The notes: a model not told the origin generated them from the letters alone. 64,000 nucleotides of DNA from Patescibacteria group bacterium (GCA_018819405.1 JAHJQF010000001.1:907377-971376); one strand, 5' to 3'. Positions 40,147 through 50,467 are shown, counted from the first letter of the stretch. Numbers and translations: made by a program.

Positions 40147-41334
40147 TTACTTTAAAATTTTGGTTACTACAGCAGCACCAACAGTACGTCCGCCTTCGCG
40201 GATAGCAAACTTGGATTTTTCTTCCAAAGCTACTGGAGCTATCAATTTGATCTTCAAATTGATAGTATCTCCTGGCATAACCATCTCAGTACCTTCTGGT
40301 AATTCAACTTCACCGGTTACATCAGTAGTACGGATATAAAACTGTGGCTTGTATCCTTTGAAAAATGGAGTGTGACGTCCACCTTCTTCTTTACTCAAGA
40401 TATAAGCTTCAGCTTCAAATTCAGTGTGAGGAGTGATAGAACCTGGTTTGGCCAAAACTTGTCCACGTTGTATTTCATCTTTTTTGGTACCACGTAACAA
40501 AATTCCAGCATTGTCTCCTGCCCTACCTTCTTCCAACTGCTTATTAAACATCTCAATACCAGTAACAACAGTCTTGCTAGTGTCTTGTAGACCGACCATT
40601 TCAACTTCGTCATTTAGTTTGACAACTCCTCTTTCAATACGTCCGGTAACTACAGTACCACGACCTTCAATTGAAAAGATGTCTTCAATAGGCATTAAGA
40701 ATGCGTGTTCAGTATCACGTTTTGGTTCTGGGATATACTCATCCAAAGATTTGATCAAATCCAAAATTGGTTTTGAATCATCACCTGATGGATTTTCCAA
40801 GGCTTTCAAAGCGGTACCTCTGATAATTGGAGTTTCATCGCCTGGGAATTCATATTTCTTTAACAAATCTCTAATTTCTTCCTCAACTAGATCTACGAGT
40901 TCTGGATCATCAACTTGGTCCATTTTGTTCAAAAATACAACAATGTATGGGACACCAACCTGACGAGCAAGTAAAATATGTTCTCTAGTCTGAGGCATTG
41001 GACCATCAGCAGCTGATACTACCAAAATAGCACCATCCATCTGAGCGGCACCAGTAATCATGTTTTTGACATAGTCAGCGTGACCTGGACAGTCTACGTG
41101 AGCGTAATGTCTTTTTTCTGACTCATACTCAACATGAGCAGTGGCAATAGTAATACCACGTTCTCTTTCTTCAGGAGCATTATCAATCTGATCAACGTCC
41201 TTTTGCTGAGCAACACCACCATGAGCGGCTAATACCTTCAAAATGGCGGCAGTCAGGGTAGTTTTACCGTGGTCTACGTGACCAATAGTACCCACATTTA
41301 TGTGTGGCTTTTCTCTTTTAAAAGCTTCTGCCAT
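40147..41334 (-). CDS. tuf: Elongation factor Tu
   Basis: [29 protein letters not shown]; start MAEAF at 41334 with AGGAGA upstream. Confidence 0.99.
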   Translation of the reverse strand: MAEAFKREKPHINVGTIGHVDHGKTTLTAAILKVLAAHGGVAQQKDVDQIDNAPEERERGITIATAHVEYESEKRHYAHVDCPGHADYVKNMITGAAQMDGAILVVSAADGPMPQTREHILLARQVGVPYIVVFLNKMDQVDDPELVDLVEEEIRDLLKKYEFPGDETPIIRGTALKALENPSGDDSKPILDLIKSLDEYIPEPKRDTEHAFLMPIEDIFSIEGRGTVVTGRIERGVVKLNDEVEMVGLQDTSKTVVTGIEMFNKQLEEGRAGDNAGILLRGTKKDEIQRGQVLAKPGSITPHTEFEAEAYILSKEEGGRHTPFFKGYKPQFYIRTTDVTGEVELPEGTEMVMPGDTINLKIKLIAPVALEEKSKFAIREGGRTVGAAVVTKILK

Positions 41335-41521
41335 TTTTATTCTTTCTCCTATGATAGCCCCCCGCAAAAATGTGGGGTTTGTGAGCCAGCTATCTTGATT
41401 AAAATTACTTAATTATCGTTATTTAAAACACACAGATTATAGCACTGTTTTTTGATTTTGGCAAGCCCCTAAGCGCAGTATATCTATTTTTTTGTTATAT
41501 TGACTAATATTAGCAAAAAAA

Positions 41522-41887
41522 CTAGTCAACTGGCTCTATATAATACCTATCATCATCACCCACTGCTGACTTATCAACAGTAGTTTTGTCATCAGTATTT
41601 TCTGGCTTTTTTTCATCCTTTCTTAGAGTGTCCACACGGAAATTTTCCAGGCTATAGTCATCTAAGTGCTCTTGAGAAGCTTTCCAGACGGCAATGTCAC
41701 GATTTATCTTGTCCAAAAGCTCGTCTTCAGACAATCCTTTGACTGATGACGGACCAGCCAACAAAGCCTCATATTCTTTGACGGTCATGATTACATAGGG
41801 TTCATGGTTGTCTGACAAAACAATAACTTTGTCACCGGTTTTGGCCGCTAGTTCCAAAACTTTGTCTATTTGTTTGTAATTTGGCAT
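41522..41887 (-). CDS. Hypothetical protein (antitoxin Phd-like N-terminus possible)
   Basis: KTGDKVIVL...PYVIMTVKEYE; acidic tail YYIEPVD. Confidence 0.7.
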   Translation of the reverse strand: MPNYKQIDKVLELAAKTGDKVIVLSDNHEPYVIMTVKEYEALLAGPSSVKGLSEDELLDKINRDIAVWKASQEHLDDYSLENFRVDTLRKDEKKPENTDDKTTVDKSAVGDDDRYYIEPVD

Positions 41888-41895
41888 ATATTTTC

Positions 41896-41969
41896 AGTTT
41901 AAAGTTTGAAAGTTATAAAATTTAAAGTCATTTTTTCTACTTTTTAACTTTGAACTTTTTAACTTTTTA
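41896..41969. repeat. Heptamer-repeat hairpin
   Basis: AGTTTAA-type arms inverted around a short loop. Confidence 0.7.
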
Positions 41970-42069
41970 CTGATTAAAGTGCTAGTATTTTATAGTAAAA
42001 TTAAGGCTTTTGTCAAATTTTAATCTAACCTTCGAGGTTAGATTTAACCTCGAAGGTTGCTTTTTTCTA

Positions 42070-42127
42070 TTGACAAAATAATAAATATGTGATATAATAT
42101 TACATTACTATAAAAAGTTCTTTAAAA
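42070..42127 (+). promoter_or_regulatory. Consensus sigma70 promoter plus boxA-like motif
   Basis: TTGACA(42070)-17 bp-TATAAT(42093); GTTCTTTAAAA at 42117. Confidence 0.8.
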
Positions 42128-42324
42128 GTGGGATTTCCCAGGTACAAACTTGGAGGTTGGAGAGCAGATAAACTAGCTAGATTTTATTGGGTCTCTACTC
42201 AACAATTTCAGCCTAATTATCTGGTCTAAGCTGGCTTCGGCCAAAAGCTAGACATCTCTCCTCCAAATTTGTGCCTGGAAAAATACTCCTGGTACAGCTC
42301 AACCCATCCAAGGAAGGAAACGCC

Positions 42325-42471
42325 ATGTTGGTACTGGCTTACTGCCTCTGCAAGCAGGCTCCCCGAGCCGCGGCCAAGGTCTCCTACCTGATGCTCTGCA
42401 CCATGGTCGGCCCGACCCTGATTCTCCTGTCCGCCATGATCGCAGGGATGATCTACTCCCTGCACCTCTAA
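42325..42471 (+). CDS. 48-aa hydrophobic small protein (GC-rich cassette)
   Basis: SD AAGGAAGG, GC3-rich codons, downstream hairpin about 42537-42574. Confidence 0.6.
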   Translation: MLVLAYCLCKQAPRAAAKVSYLMLCTMVGPTLILLSAMIAGMIYSLHL

Positions 42472-42678
42472 AGATCTGAACACAACACCAACACCCGCCA
42501 GGATCCCACCTTTCAAAGACCTATCTCGAATAGGCCCCCTCCTAAGTCTATAAAAAATTATAGATTTGGGAGGGATATAATAAGGCCCGGTAATTATTTA
42601 CCGGTCTTTATTTTATTTTTAAAAAAATATATAATAAAATTAGTTCTTTCCACCACCCACACCTGAGGAGGTGAAACC

Positions 42679-42879
42679 ATGCTGGGCATAAAACAAAAAC
42701 AATGTTTAATCGAAGGCCTGACAAGGCAAATCCGAGAAATTCGTATCAAAAAAATAACTAATCCAGTACAGATAGAAAAAATTATCCTGTACGCTATGCA
42801 AATGCGCCGAGAAAATATAATAAATGATTTCCAAGAAATCGGCACAACCAACGCTGAATTATTATCCTGGCTACCCTAA
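42679..42879 (+). CDS. Small hypothetical protein with IGTT..EL motif
   Basis: SD GAGGAGGT; terminator about 42913-42946. Confidence 0.65.
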   Translation: MLGIKQKQCLIEGLTRQIREIRIKKITNPVQIEKIILYAMQMRRENIINDFQEIGTTNAELLSWLP

Positions 42880-43069
42880 GGAGAAAGGCCTAAACATGTT
42901 ACCAACAACCTAAAACCACCTACTTCACGGAAGATTGGGTGGTTTTATATTTGAAGATATCTTAAATAAAATAACTTTTATTAGTTGACAAAAACTATAC
43001 AATATACTATGATAACTCTCTGTAATGTTCCCTGTCAATTGATAACCTCAGACTCAAAGGAGTGAGTTC

Positions 43070-43480
43070 ATGCCACTTGAATTTCAGCTTTTGTCACTGA
43101 TTGAGCTACGCCAATACGTGGCTCAGCTCAACGAAAATTCTCATCCCGGGTTTGTGTTTCGTATCTTGGTACAGTGTCTGTGCCAGATAAAGGCCGGTGC
43201 TTGCTGGCCACAAATTGGCACGACCCAAGTCGACATGCAGACGCTGATGCGCGTCTGTCACAAAAACCAGGTGAGACGTGAACTTCAGGCCATCCTGGCC
43301 AAAAATGAGTACACACCGCTGAATTTTGATGACGCGGAAAAACTGAGCTGCATCATGGAGGAGATCCAGCAATGTCACATCAATTGGAATGATCTTCCTG
43401 TATCTGAGAATGTATTGAGACAAATCATCAATATGGCCGCTTGCGGCTATGAACACTGCAATCAGCAAAAAATGGCCTGA
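43070..43480 (+). CDS. Hypothetical protein with IGTT-type repeats
   Basis: Promoter TTGACA(42985)-17-TATGAT; SD AAGGAG; terminator GCCCCGCC..GGCGGGG-U tract. Confidence 0.7.
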   Translation: MPLEFQLLSLIELRQYVAQLNENSHPGFVFRILVQCLCQIKAGACWPQIGTTQVDMQTLMRVCHKNQVRRELQAILAKNEYTPLNFDDAEKLSCIMEEIQQCHINWNDLPVSENVLRQIINMAACGYEHCNQQKMA

Positions 43481-43724
43481 GTCTCGCCCCGCCGAACGCT
43501 ATCAAGCGTGAGGCGGGGTTTCTTTTTTATTTTAATTTTTGAGTAAAGACTTTTTGTAATACTTTTCAAAATTACTTTCAGCAAAAAAATCCCAGCCTCT
43601 TAGCCATATTTTTATTTTTCTTTTTAGCATAAACATATATTTTAATTAGCTATAATATACAACGAAAAAATAAAATAAAAGTAACAAAAAAGGAGCGGAC
43701 TGATGCCCGCTCCCGACCGAATCC

Positions 43725-44237
43725 TCACCTGAGGGTGAAAACATGAGGCAAAAGCACCCCGATACTTGCCCGAAAAACAAAGCCCTCGGTGTTGACCGAC
43801 AGAATCGGCACTCTATTGTCGCCGTTGCAGTGCTCGCTGATAATCTGACGACAATCGCCACATGATGTGACCATACTACTGACATTAATCTTGCCCAGAT
43901 CAATGTCTTTGGGTGTCAGATTGAACTCACGATCAGCAGTCGCACCAGCCAAAACCAACATCCTAATATTGAGTTGTCCGCTGACTACCATGGCCGCTAG
44001 AGCTGAACGCTCGGCATGAGTGACTTTGTAGTGGGCGTACTCCACATTGCATCCGTAAAAAACGACGTTACTCTGACTGACCAGAGCACAGCCCACCTTG
44101 AAACCGGAATACGGAGCATAGGCATTACGCCTAGCATTGATAGCCTGCTGAACCAGGCCACGCCCGTCTGCTGACGACATGTCAGAAAAATGGAAAATTT
44201 CCACATCCCCGACCCGATGAATCTTGCTTGCCTGCAT
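43725..44237 (-). CDS. cdd: Cytidine deaminase
   Basis: AYAPYSGFKVGCAL, GCNVE, HAERSA, SCGDCRQ; start chosen after SD GAGGAGG. Confidence 0.88.
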   Translation of the reverse strand: MQASKIHRVGDVEIFHFSDMSSADGRGLVQQAINARRNAYAPYSGFKVGCALVSQSNVVFYGCNVEYAHYKVTHAERSALAAMVVSGQLNIRMLVLAGATADREFNLTPKDIDLGKINVSSMVTSCGDCRQIISEHCNGDNRVPILSVNTEGFVFRASIGVLLPHVFTLR

Positions 44238-44319
44238 GACTAGCCTCCTCGTTTGTGCCATATACCTCTGGACAGAACTAAACTGGCTATAAATTAGCAA
44301 TAAAATATTTTTCTGTCAA

Positions 44320-44350
44320 ACCGCGTTAGAAAAATTTTTTCTAACGCGGT
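44320..44350. repeat. Minimal member of the CGTTAGAAA hairpin family
   Basis: ACCGCGTTAGAAAAATTTTTTCTAACGCGGT. Confidence 0.75.
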
Positions 44351-44419
44351 AAACAAAAAACCCAGTCCTTCCTGCCTACCGATAGGCAAAGCACGAAGAA
44401 CTGGGTAAATTTATATAAT

Positions 44420-46513
44420 CTAATTTTTCTTAATTATCTCTTCAGCAACATTGTGAGGCACCTGAGCATATTTTTTGAACTCCATAGAATAACTAGCTCG
44501 TCCCTGAGTCATAGATCTTAGAGCGGTAGCATAACCAAACATCTCAGATAGTGGCACTTCGGCATCAATAACCTTGGCACCAGCTCTATCGCTCATTTCA
44601 TGAACCTGTCCTCTCTTGGAATTCAAATCACCAATCACATCGCCCATGTATTGTTCGGGAGTGACTACTTCTACCGCCATGACTGGCTCTAAAATAACCG
44701 GGGTAGCTTTTTTGAAAGCTTCTTTAAAAGCCATTGAACCAGCTACTTTAAAAGCAGCTTCAGAAGAGTCAACATCATGGTAACTTCCATCATAAACAGC
44801 TACTTTAACATCTTGTATTTGATAACCAGCCAATATTCCGTTGTCCATGGTTTCTTTGATACCTTTTTCAATAGCCGGAATATATTCTTTTGGAATAACG
44901 CCACCTTTGATTTCTTCTTCAAACTCAAATCCAGTACCTCTTTCAAGTGGTTCCAATCTCAACCAACAATGACCATACTGACCACGACCACCAGATTGTT
45001 TGATATATTTTCCTTCTGCCTCGGCAGTAGCCGTAATGGTTTCTTTGTAAGCGACTTGTGGGGCACCGACATTGGCCTCAACCGAAAACTCACGCTTCAT
45101 ACGATCCACAATAATATCCAAATGAAGCTCTCCCATACCACCAATAATAGTTTGATTTGTTTCTTCATCTGATCGGACAGTAAAGGTTGGGTCTTCTTCG
45201 GCTAATTTTGCCAGAGCCATACCCATCTTTTCTTGATCAGCTTTGGTTTTTGGTTCAACTGCCACATGAATAACTGGTTCTGGGAAATCCATACTTTCAA
45301 GGACTACTTCTCTTTTTTCATCACAAAGAGTCTGACCAGTAGTTGTATCTTTTAGGCCAACAACAGCTACGATATCACCAGTAAATATTTCAGATACTTC
45401 TTCACGAGAGTTGGCGTGCATTCTAAGAATTCTTCCAATCCTCTCTCTTTTCTCGGTATTGGCATTAAAAACATAAGAGCCGGATTTTAATGTACCAGAA
45501 TAAACTCTTACAAAAGTCAGTTTACCAACATAAGGATCAGTCGCCACTTTAAAAGCCAAACCTACAAAAGGATCCTCATCTTTAGCCAAGACCGTGATAT
45601 GATTTTCTTCATTTCTTGGTTCGTGTCCGACAATTTCTGGTACATCAAGTGGAGATGGTAAATACGCAACAATGGCATCTAGCAAAAACTGAACTCCTTT
45701 GTTTTTTAAAGCTGAACCGACAAAAACTGGCACAATCTTGTTGCCAATAACGGCCTGTCTCAAAACTTTTTTCAAATCTTCAATAGCTGGTTCTTCTCCG
45801 CCAAGATATTTTTCCATCAAGGCTTCATCGTTTTCTACAATCGCTTCAATAAGTTTTCCACGGAATTCTTCTACCTTATCTTTCATGTCAGCTGGTACTT
45901 CACGTTTTTCAAATTGTTTACCGTCTTCATCAAGATAATACCAAGCTTCTCTTTCTAAAAGATTGATAATGCCTTCAAAAGTTTCAGCTGCTCCAATTGG
46001 CAACTGCATTGGATGGGCAGATTTTGTCAATCTATCATGAATAGTTTTTAAATCATAATAAAAATCCGCACCCATTCTATCCATCTTGTTTACAAAGGCT
46101 AGGCGGGGCACATGATATTTGTCAGCCTGTCTCCAGACAGTCTCCGACTGTGGTTCTACTCCAGCTACTCCATCAAAAACAATCACACCACCATCAAGCA
46201 CGCGCAATGATCTTTCTACTTCTACAGTAAAATCTACGTGACCTGGGGTATCAATAATATTGATATTGGCTTTGTCACCACCCAACCAGTCAGGTAAATT
46301 CCAAAAACAAGTAGTCGCGGCAGAAGTAATGGTAATACCTCTTTCCTTTTCCTGTTCCATCCAATCCATTTCAGCTTGCCCTTCATGGACTTCACCGATT
46401 TTATGTTTTTTTCCTGTATAAAAAAGAATACGCTCCGTCACGGTAGTCTTACCAGCATCAATATGAGCAATAATTCCAATGTTTCTTATTTTTTCAAGTG
46501 GATGTCGAGGCAT
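44420..46513 (-). CDS. fusA: Elongation factor G
   Basis: [32 protein letters not shown]. Confidence 0.99.
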   Translation of the reverse strand: MPRHPLEKIRNIGIIAHIDAGKTTVTERILFYTGKKHKIGEVHEGQAEMDWMEQEKERGITITSAATTCFWNLPDWLGGDKANINIIDTPGHVDFTVEVERSLRVLDGGVIVFDGVAGVEPQSETVWRQADKYHVPRLAFVNKMDRMGADFYYDLKTIHDRLTKSAHPMQLPIGAAETFEGIINLLEREAWYYLDEDGKQFEKREVPADMKDKVEEFRGKLIEAIVENDEALMEKYLGGEEPAIEDLKKVLRQAVIGNKIVPVFVGSALKNKGVQFLLDAIVAYLPSPLDVPEIVGHEPRNEENHITVLAKDEDPFVGLAFKVATDPYVGKLTFVRVYSGTLKSGSYVFNANTEKRERIGRILRMHANSREEVSEIFTGDIVAVVGLKDTTTGQTLCDEKREVVLESMDFPEPVIHVAVEPKTKADQEKMGMALAKLAEEDPTFTVRSDEETNQTIIGGMGELHLDIIVDRMKREFSVEANVGAPQVAYKETITATAEAEGKYIKQSGGRGQYGHCWLRLEPLERGTGFEFEEEIKGGVIPKEYIPAIEKGIKETMDNGILAGYQIQDVKVAVYDGSYHDVDSSEAAFKVAGSMAFKEAFKKATPVILEPVMAVEVVTPEQYMGDVIGDLNSKRGQVHEMSDRAGAKVIDAEVPLSEMFGYATALRSMTQGRASYSMEFKKYAQVPHNVAEEIIKKN

Positions 46514-46587
46514 AGTTTTGTTTACAACTTAGATTTTTTAAAAAATAAAAGGCGGCTAAAGCGCCTAATATTTAAATTAATAACTGT

Positions 46588-47052
46588 TTAGGCGAAGTGA
46601 GCAAAAGCTTTGTTTGATTCGGCCATACGTTGCACATCTTCACGTTTTTTCATAGCAGCACCCTCACCGCCGGCAGCAGCAATAAGCTCTTCACCTAAGC
46701 GGACAGCCATGGAAGCTCCTTTTCTAGCTTTGGCAGCTTCAATGAGCCAACGATGTGCTAAAGTCATTTTTCTATCGCCAGTCACTACTATTGGTACTTG
46801 ATAGTTAGCGCCACCAATACGCTTACCTTTTACTTCTAGGTTTGGGGAAATATTTCTAATAGCAGCATCATAAATAGCTATAGGGTCTTGTTTGGTTTTT
46901 TTTGATATATGTTCAAAAGCTCCATAAACTACTTTTTGAGCTGTGGTTTTTTTACCACGTTCCATGATCTTGTTTATCAGCTTGGCAATATCTAATCTCT
47001 GAAATTTTGGATCTGGATTGATAGGTCTTTTTGGTGCTGGTTTTCCTCTCAT
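46588..47052 (-). CDS. rpsG: 30S ribosomal protein S7
   Basis: RIGGANYQVP, MAESNKAFAHF. Confidence 0.98.
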   Translation of the reverse strand: MRGKPAPKRPINPDPKFQRLDIAKLINKIMERGKKTTAQKVVYGAFEHISKKTKQDPIAIYDAAIRNISPNLEVKGKRIGGANYQVPIVVTGDRKMTLAHRWLIEAAKARKGASMAVRLGEELIAAAGGEGAAMKKREDVQRMAESNKAFAHFA

Positions 47053-47083
47053 AATTTTATAATGATTTTATCAAAATATTAAT

Positions 47084-47512
47084 TTATTTTTTAGCTGCTC
47101 TTTCTCTTTTGGCGCCATAAATTGAGCGACCTTGCTTTCTATTGGCTACGCCCTGAGTATCAAAAATACCACGAACAATATGATAACGGACACCTGGCAA
47201 ATCTTTTACCCTACCGCCGCGAATCATAACAATACTGTGCTCCTGCAAATTGTGGCCTTCACCTGGAATATAAGCAGTCACTTCCATACCATTTGACAAT
47301 CTAACCCTGGCAATTTTTCGAAGAGCTGAGTTTGGTTTCTTAGGTGTTGTGGTAGTAACTTTTAAACATACTCCACGTTTAAAAGGAGAGCCTTGTGGCA
47401 TTTCTCTTTTTCTTCTTTTCAAACTATTTAAAACAGTTTTTAAAGCCGGGGTAGTGCCCTTGGCCTTTTGCTGTTTTCTAGGTTTTTTGATTAATTGATT
47501 TACTGTTGGCAT
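47084..47512 (-). CDS. rpsL: 30S ribosomal protein S12
   Basis: [23 protein letters not shown]. Confidence 0.99.
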   Translation of the reverse strand: MPTVNQLIKKPRKQQKAKGTTPALKTVLNSLKRRKREMPQGSPFKRGVCLKVTTTTPKKPNSALRKIARVRLSNGMEVTAYIPGEGHNLQEHSIVMIRGGRVKDLPGVRYHIVRGIFDTQGVANRKQGRSIYGAKRERAAKK

Positions 47513-47706
47513 ATTTAACTTAAAAAATAAAAAATACGACTGTTCTTCCCGCGTAGCGGGATCCCGCTACGCGGGAAAAGTCCCCAATAAAATAGCATAA
47601 AAAAATATATAAGTCAAGAATAATAGCCAAAATTAATACCCCTCCCCCTTAGATTTTGTGAATCTTTGGAGGAGGGGCGGGTTTCAGGCCCTAATGAGAG
47701 ACCTGA

Positions 47707-48360
47707 CTAGTCGATCAGGACGTAGTCGGTGATGTCGCCGTTGTAGACATCGCGGACCTTGATATTGTCCTCATCCCAGGCTCCGACAAAGGTCGGAGGC
47801 GTGCCGAACTGAGTGTTGTTGCGCACTTCAAACCAGGCGTACTCGCCGCGAGTAGTCCAGGTCGGGTAATCCCCTCCGATCTTGACGTGATCACCGAATG
47901 GCACACCATTCGATTCTCCCGTGTAGCCCCAAGGATAGCCCGGCTCAGTGCTGTAGACAGCCCCTAAACCACTGTCGACGAGAGTCCAGCCATTGACATC
48001 GCTGGTGGTCACGGTGAAAGGTAGCTGGTAGCCCCGAGCTTCGCCAGAAGGATAGACCTTCTGGTAAAACATCACTGCCCAGTAGCCAGTGGCGTAACCG
48101 TAGGGCGAACGGGAGCGAGTCAGAATGATTGTGTCAGGATCGGCAGTTTTCAGAACGGACTGAATACCCTGCCAGGTCGAACTGTCCTCCGCACTCCGAG
48201 AGGCCACGTTCATGACATCCTCGAAGCCGCCGCTCTGGTTGGTCGCGTTGACCTGATCGACGATCGAGGTCTCCGGAGCCGTGGTCTGGTCCATGTTGCT
48301 GCAGCCGGTCAGCCAGGCGAGGCAAACCAGCATTAAAGTGATTGCGATGATTCGCTTCAT
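47707..48360 (-). CDS. Putative lipoprotein (GC-rich cassette)
   Basis: MKR..LVCLAWLTGC lipobox; SD AAGGAG; GC-rich codons; hairpin about 47638-47678. Confidence 0.8.
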   Translation of the reverse strand: MKRIIAITLMLVCLAWLTGCSNMDQTTAPETSIVDQVNATNQSGGFEDVMNVASRSAEDSSTWQGIQSVLKTADPDTIILTRSRSPYGYATGYWAVMFYQKVYPSGEARGYQLPFTVTTSDVNGWTLVDSGLGAVYSTEPGYPWGYTGESNGVPFGDHVKIGGDYPTWTTRGEYAWFEVRNNTQFGTPPTFVGAWDEDNIKVRDVYNGDITDYVLID

Positions 48361-48716
48361 GGTTAGACTTCTCCTTGTCTCAGATACAATAGTTTTGCCT
48401 CATTGAGGCGCTTCGAAAAACTGCAGGTGTGAATACACTGCTGTTCATGCTCTTACGGGTAGCGCAACCCCCCTTAACGCTTTTTAACTCCTTTACAAGG
48501 CAAATCAATTTCCATGTTCAAGGCAAGTTGTCGAGCAAAAGTTGCGTGAAATCTATAAATTAATCCTGTGACCAGGAAAAAATGCAACGAACTTTTACAA
48601 ACAATTATAAAAAATACACTAAAAATAAATTCTTGTCAATAAAAAGAGCCCCCGCAGCATAAGCCGTGGGGGCCTGTCGATCACTCTACGACCACGTGAG
48701 GCCAATGCGGCCTGGG

Positions 48717-48827
48717 TCAGGCGATCGTCACCTCGCTCGCCGTCGTCTTCTTGACGGTCTTCTTCTTGGTAGCCTTCTTGGCGACCATCTTCATCTGCAT
48801 CTGGACACTGGGTCTTCGTCGATTCAT
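48717..48827 (-). CDS. 36-aa basic peptide MNRRRPSVQMQMKMVAKKATKKKTVKKTTASEVTIA
   Basis: SD AAGGAGG; all Lys codons AAG in an AT-rich genome; own terminator. Confidence 0.65.
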   Translation of the reverse strand: MNRRRPSVQMQMKMVAKKATKKKTVKKTTASEVTIA

Positions 48828-49082
48828 ATTGGGAATCCTCCTTATGGTATCACAATGACAGACAAATGTGCTGACTATGATAGCCAGCACGCGAGTATAT
48901 TTATAATAACATAAGCAAAAAAAACAAACAATAAAAAAGAGCCCCCGCGGAAGCACCTCACTGGGCGCGATACTGAGATCGCGTGCAGAGGGTGCCCCGC
49001 GGGGGCCAGCAGCCTGATTGGCCAGCTTGGCGATGGGCGTATAGCCCGTGAAGACGCTGGCGACAGGCCGAAGCGCGTCACC

Positions 49083-49178
49083 TTACTGGGTCTCCAGCCC
49101 AGGGGTGACAGGCGTGGTCATCGGAGGCGCGTCGGACGCCTCGGCAGGAACATCGGGCAGGGTCCAGAAGAGCATCAT
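49083..49178 (-). CDS. 31-aa peptide MMLFWTLPD...
   Basis: SD GAAAGGAG; overlaps upstream stop (ATGA); paralog of 49175-49330. Confidence 0.55.
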   Translation of the reverse strand: MMLFWTLPDVPAEASDAPPMTTPVTPGLETQ

Positions 49179-49330
49179 CGCTCCTTTCCGGCAACTGCCG
49201 AAGGTTGTCTGTAGCGCTCGGTCCATACGCCGGCCTCAACGGCGCGGTACCACCTGTGGCACGAACTGTTTCCGACGAGCTTAGTCGCCGGGTTCGCACC
49301 CGAATCGTCGGGAAGGAGCCAGTAGAGCAC
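49175..49330 (-). CDS. 51-aa peptide MLYWLLPD...
   Basis: SD GAAAGGAG, GTG start. Confidence 0.55.
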   Translation of the reverse strand: MLYWLLPDDSGANPATKLVGNSSCHRWYRAVEAGVWTERYRQPSAVAGKER

Positions 49331-49415
49331 TGCTTCTCCTTTCGACTGGTTGTGTAGCTCCGAAGTGGAGCTACATGGTGCGGCTAGCTAGCCGCCGGGG
49401 CGCTGGCGCCCAGGT

Positions 49416-49523
49416 CTAGCTGCCGCGCCGCCGGCCGCGGACGTCGGTCGTGGAGGTGTTGCCCATGAGCACGAAATAGTTCGTGTAAGTGGCGACCGGA
49501 CGGCCGCGGATGTGGATCGACAT
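49416..49523 (-). CDS. 35-aa peptide MSIHIRGRPVATY...
   Basis: SD GGGAGG; GC3-rich; N-terminus paralogous to 54092-54136. Confidence 0.6.
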   Translation of the reverse strand: MSIHIRGRPVATYTNYFVLMGNTSTTDVRGRRRGS

Positions 49524-49748
49524 TGGGATCCTCCCGTCGTTGCATCATGGCAGGTTTTGTCCAGACTAGCTGGACGCTACATCCCACTTGGGGATACCAT
49601 TTTCCGTTGCTTAGACTTGTTGCGTATTCACTAGGAAATGATCGGGCGACTAAAAATATTTTTTAATCACGATTTTGTATTATAGCACAAATAAAAAATT
49701 TGTCAAGAGCCCCTGACAAACCTTTTAAAAATACCAAAAATGGGTATT

Positions 49749-50378
49749 TTATATAAATCTAGAAATAAAATTGATAAAAAAGTCAAAAATATGCCCAAAA
49801 ATATTAATGTTCATAAAATTATCCAAAATTATCAAAACTATCAATATCCAAGGCCCATTTATAGTAAATTTACGCTTAAATTCGTCAAAATGAGCTGGCA
49901 AAAAGGCAAAAAGCACTTTGGAGCCATCAAGTGGTGGAATAGGTATAAGATTAAAAACTCCCAATATAAGATTGACTAATATCAAATAAAACAAAAATAT
50001 AAAAACTAGATTATCAATAGGCAAAAACTTGAGCAAAAAATTAGCAATTATTATAAATAAAGCTACATTAATAAAGTTGGAAAGCGGACCAGCCAGTGAC
50101 ACAAAAGCATCTCCCCAACGACGCCAACGAAGATTATAAGTATTGACCGGTACTGGTTTGCCCCAACCAAAACCGGCGAAAAGGAGCATCAAGGTACCCA
50201 AAAACTCCATATGAGCCAAAGGATTGAGAGTCAAACGACCATTTTGACTAGGGGTATTGTCTCCCAAATAATGAGCCGCCAAAGCATGAGCAAACTCATG
50301 AATAGTTAAAGCATATATAATAGATAAAATAACTATTAAAAATATTTTTGGATCGCTAAATAATGTGGAAATTAACAT
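49749..50378 (-). CDS. Site-2 protease (M50) family protein
   Basis: HEFAH, LTLNPLAH, GWGKPVP, AGPLSN, FNLIPIPPLDGS. Confidence 0.95.
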   Translation of the reverse strand: MLISTLFSDPKIFLIVILSIIYALTIHEFAHALAAHYLGDNTPSQNGRLTLNPLAHMEFLGTLMLLFAGFGWGKPVPVNTYNLRWRRWGDAFVSLAGPLSNFINVALFIIIANFLLKFLPIDNLVFIFLFYLILVNLILGVFNLIPIPPLDGSKVLFAFLPAHFDEFKRKFTINGPWILIVLIILDNFMNINIFGHIFDFFINFISRFI

Positions 50379-50467
50379 ATATTATTGACAAAATTATAAA
50401 TTGATGGTAGCATAATCAAAGCTTAATAATAGTATTATAGCCTAATTAACATAGAAATTCAAAGTAT

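Noticed and set aside
30432-46801. Many plus-strand ORFs antisense to ribosomal and EF genes
   Set aside because: Shadows of conserved minus-strand genes
47545-47580. Perfect palindrome TTCCCGCGTAGCGGGATCCCGCTACGCGGGAA upstream of rpsL
   Set aside because: Single copy in the window; cannot distinguish a leader hairpin from a REP copy
48666-49587. Overlapping 67-82-aa ORFs in the track
   Set aside because: No SDs and some run through terminators; SD-led short ORFs fit better
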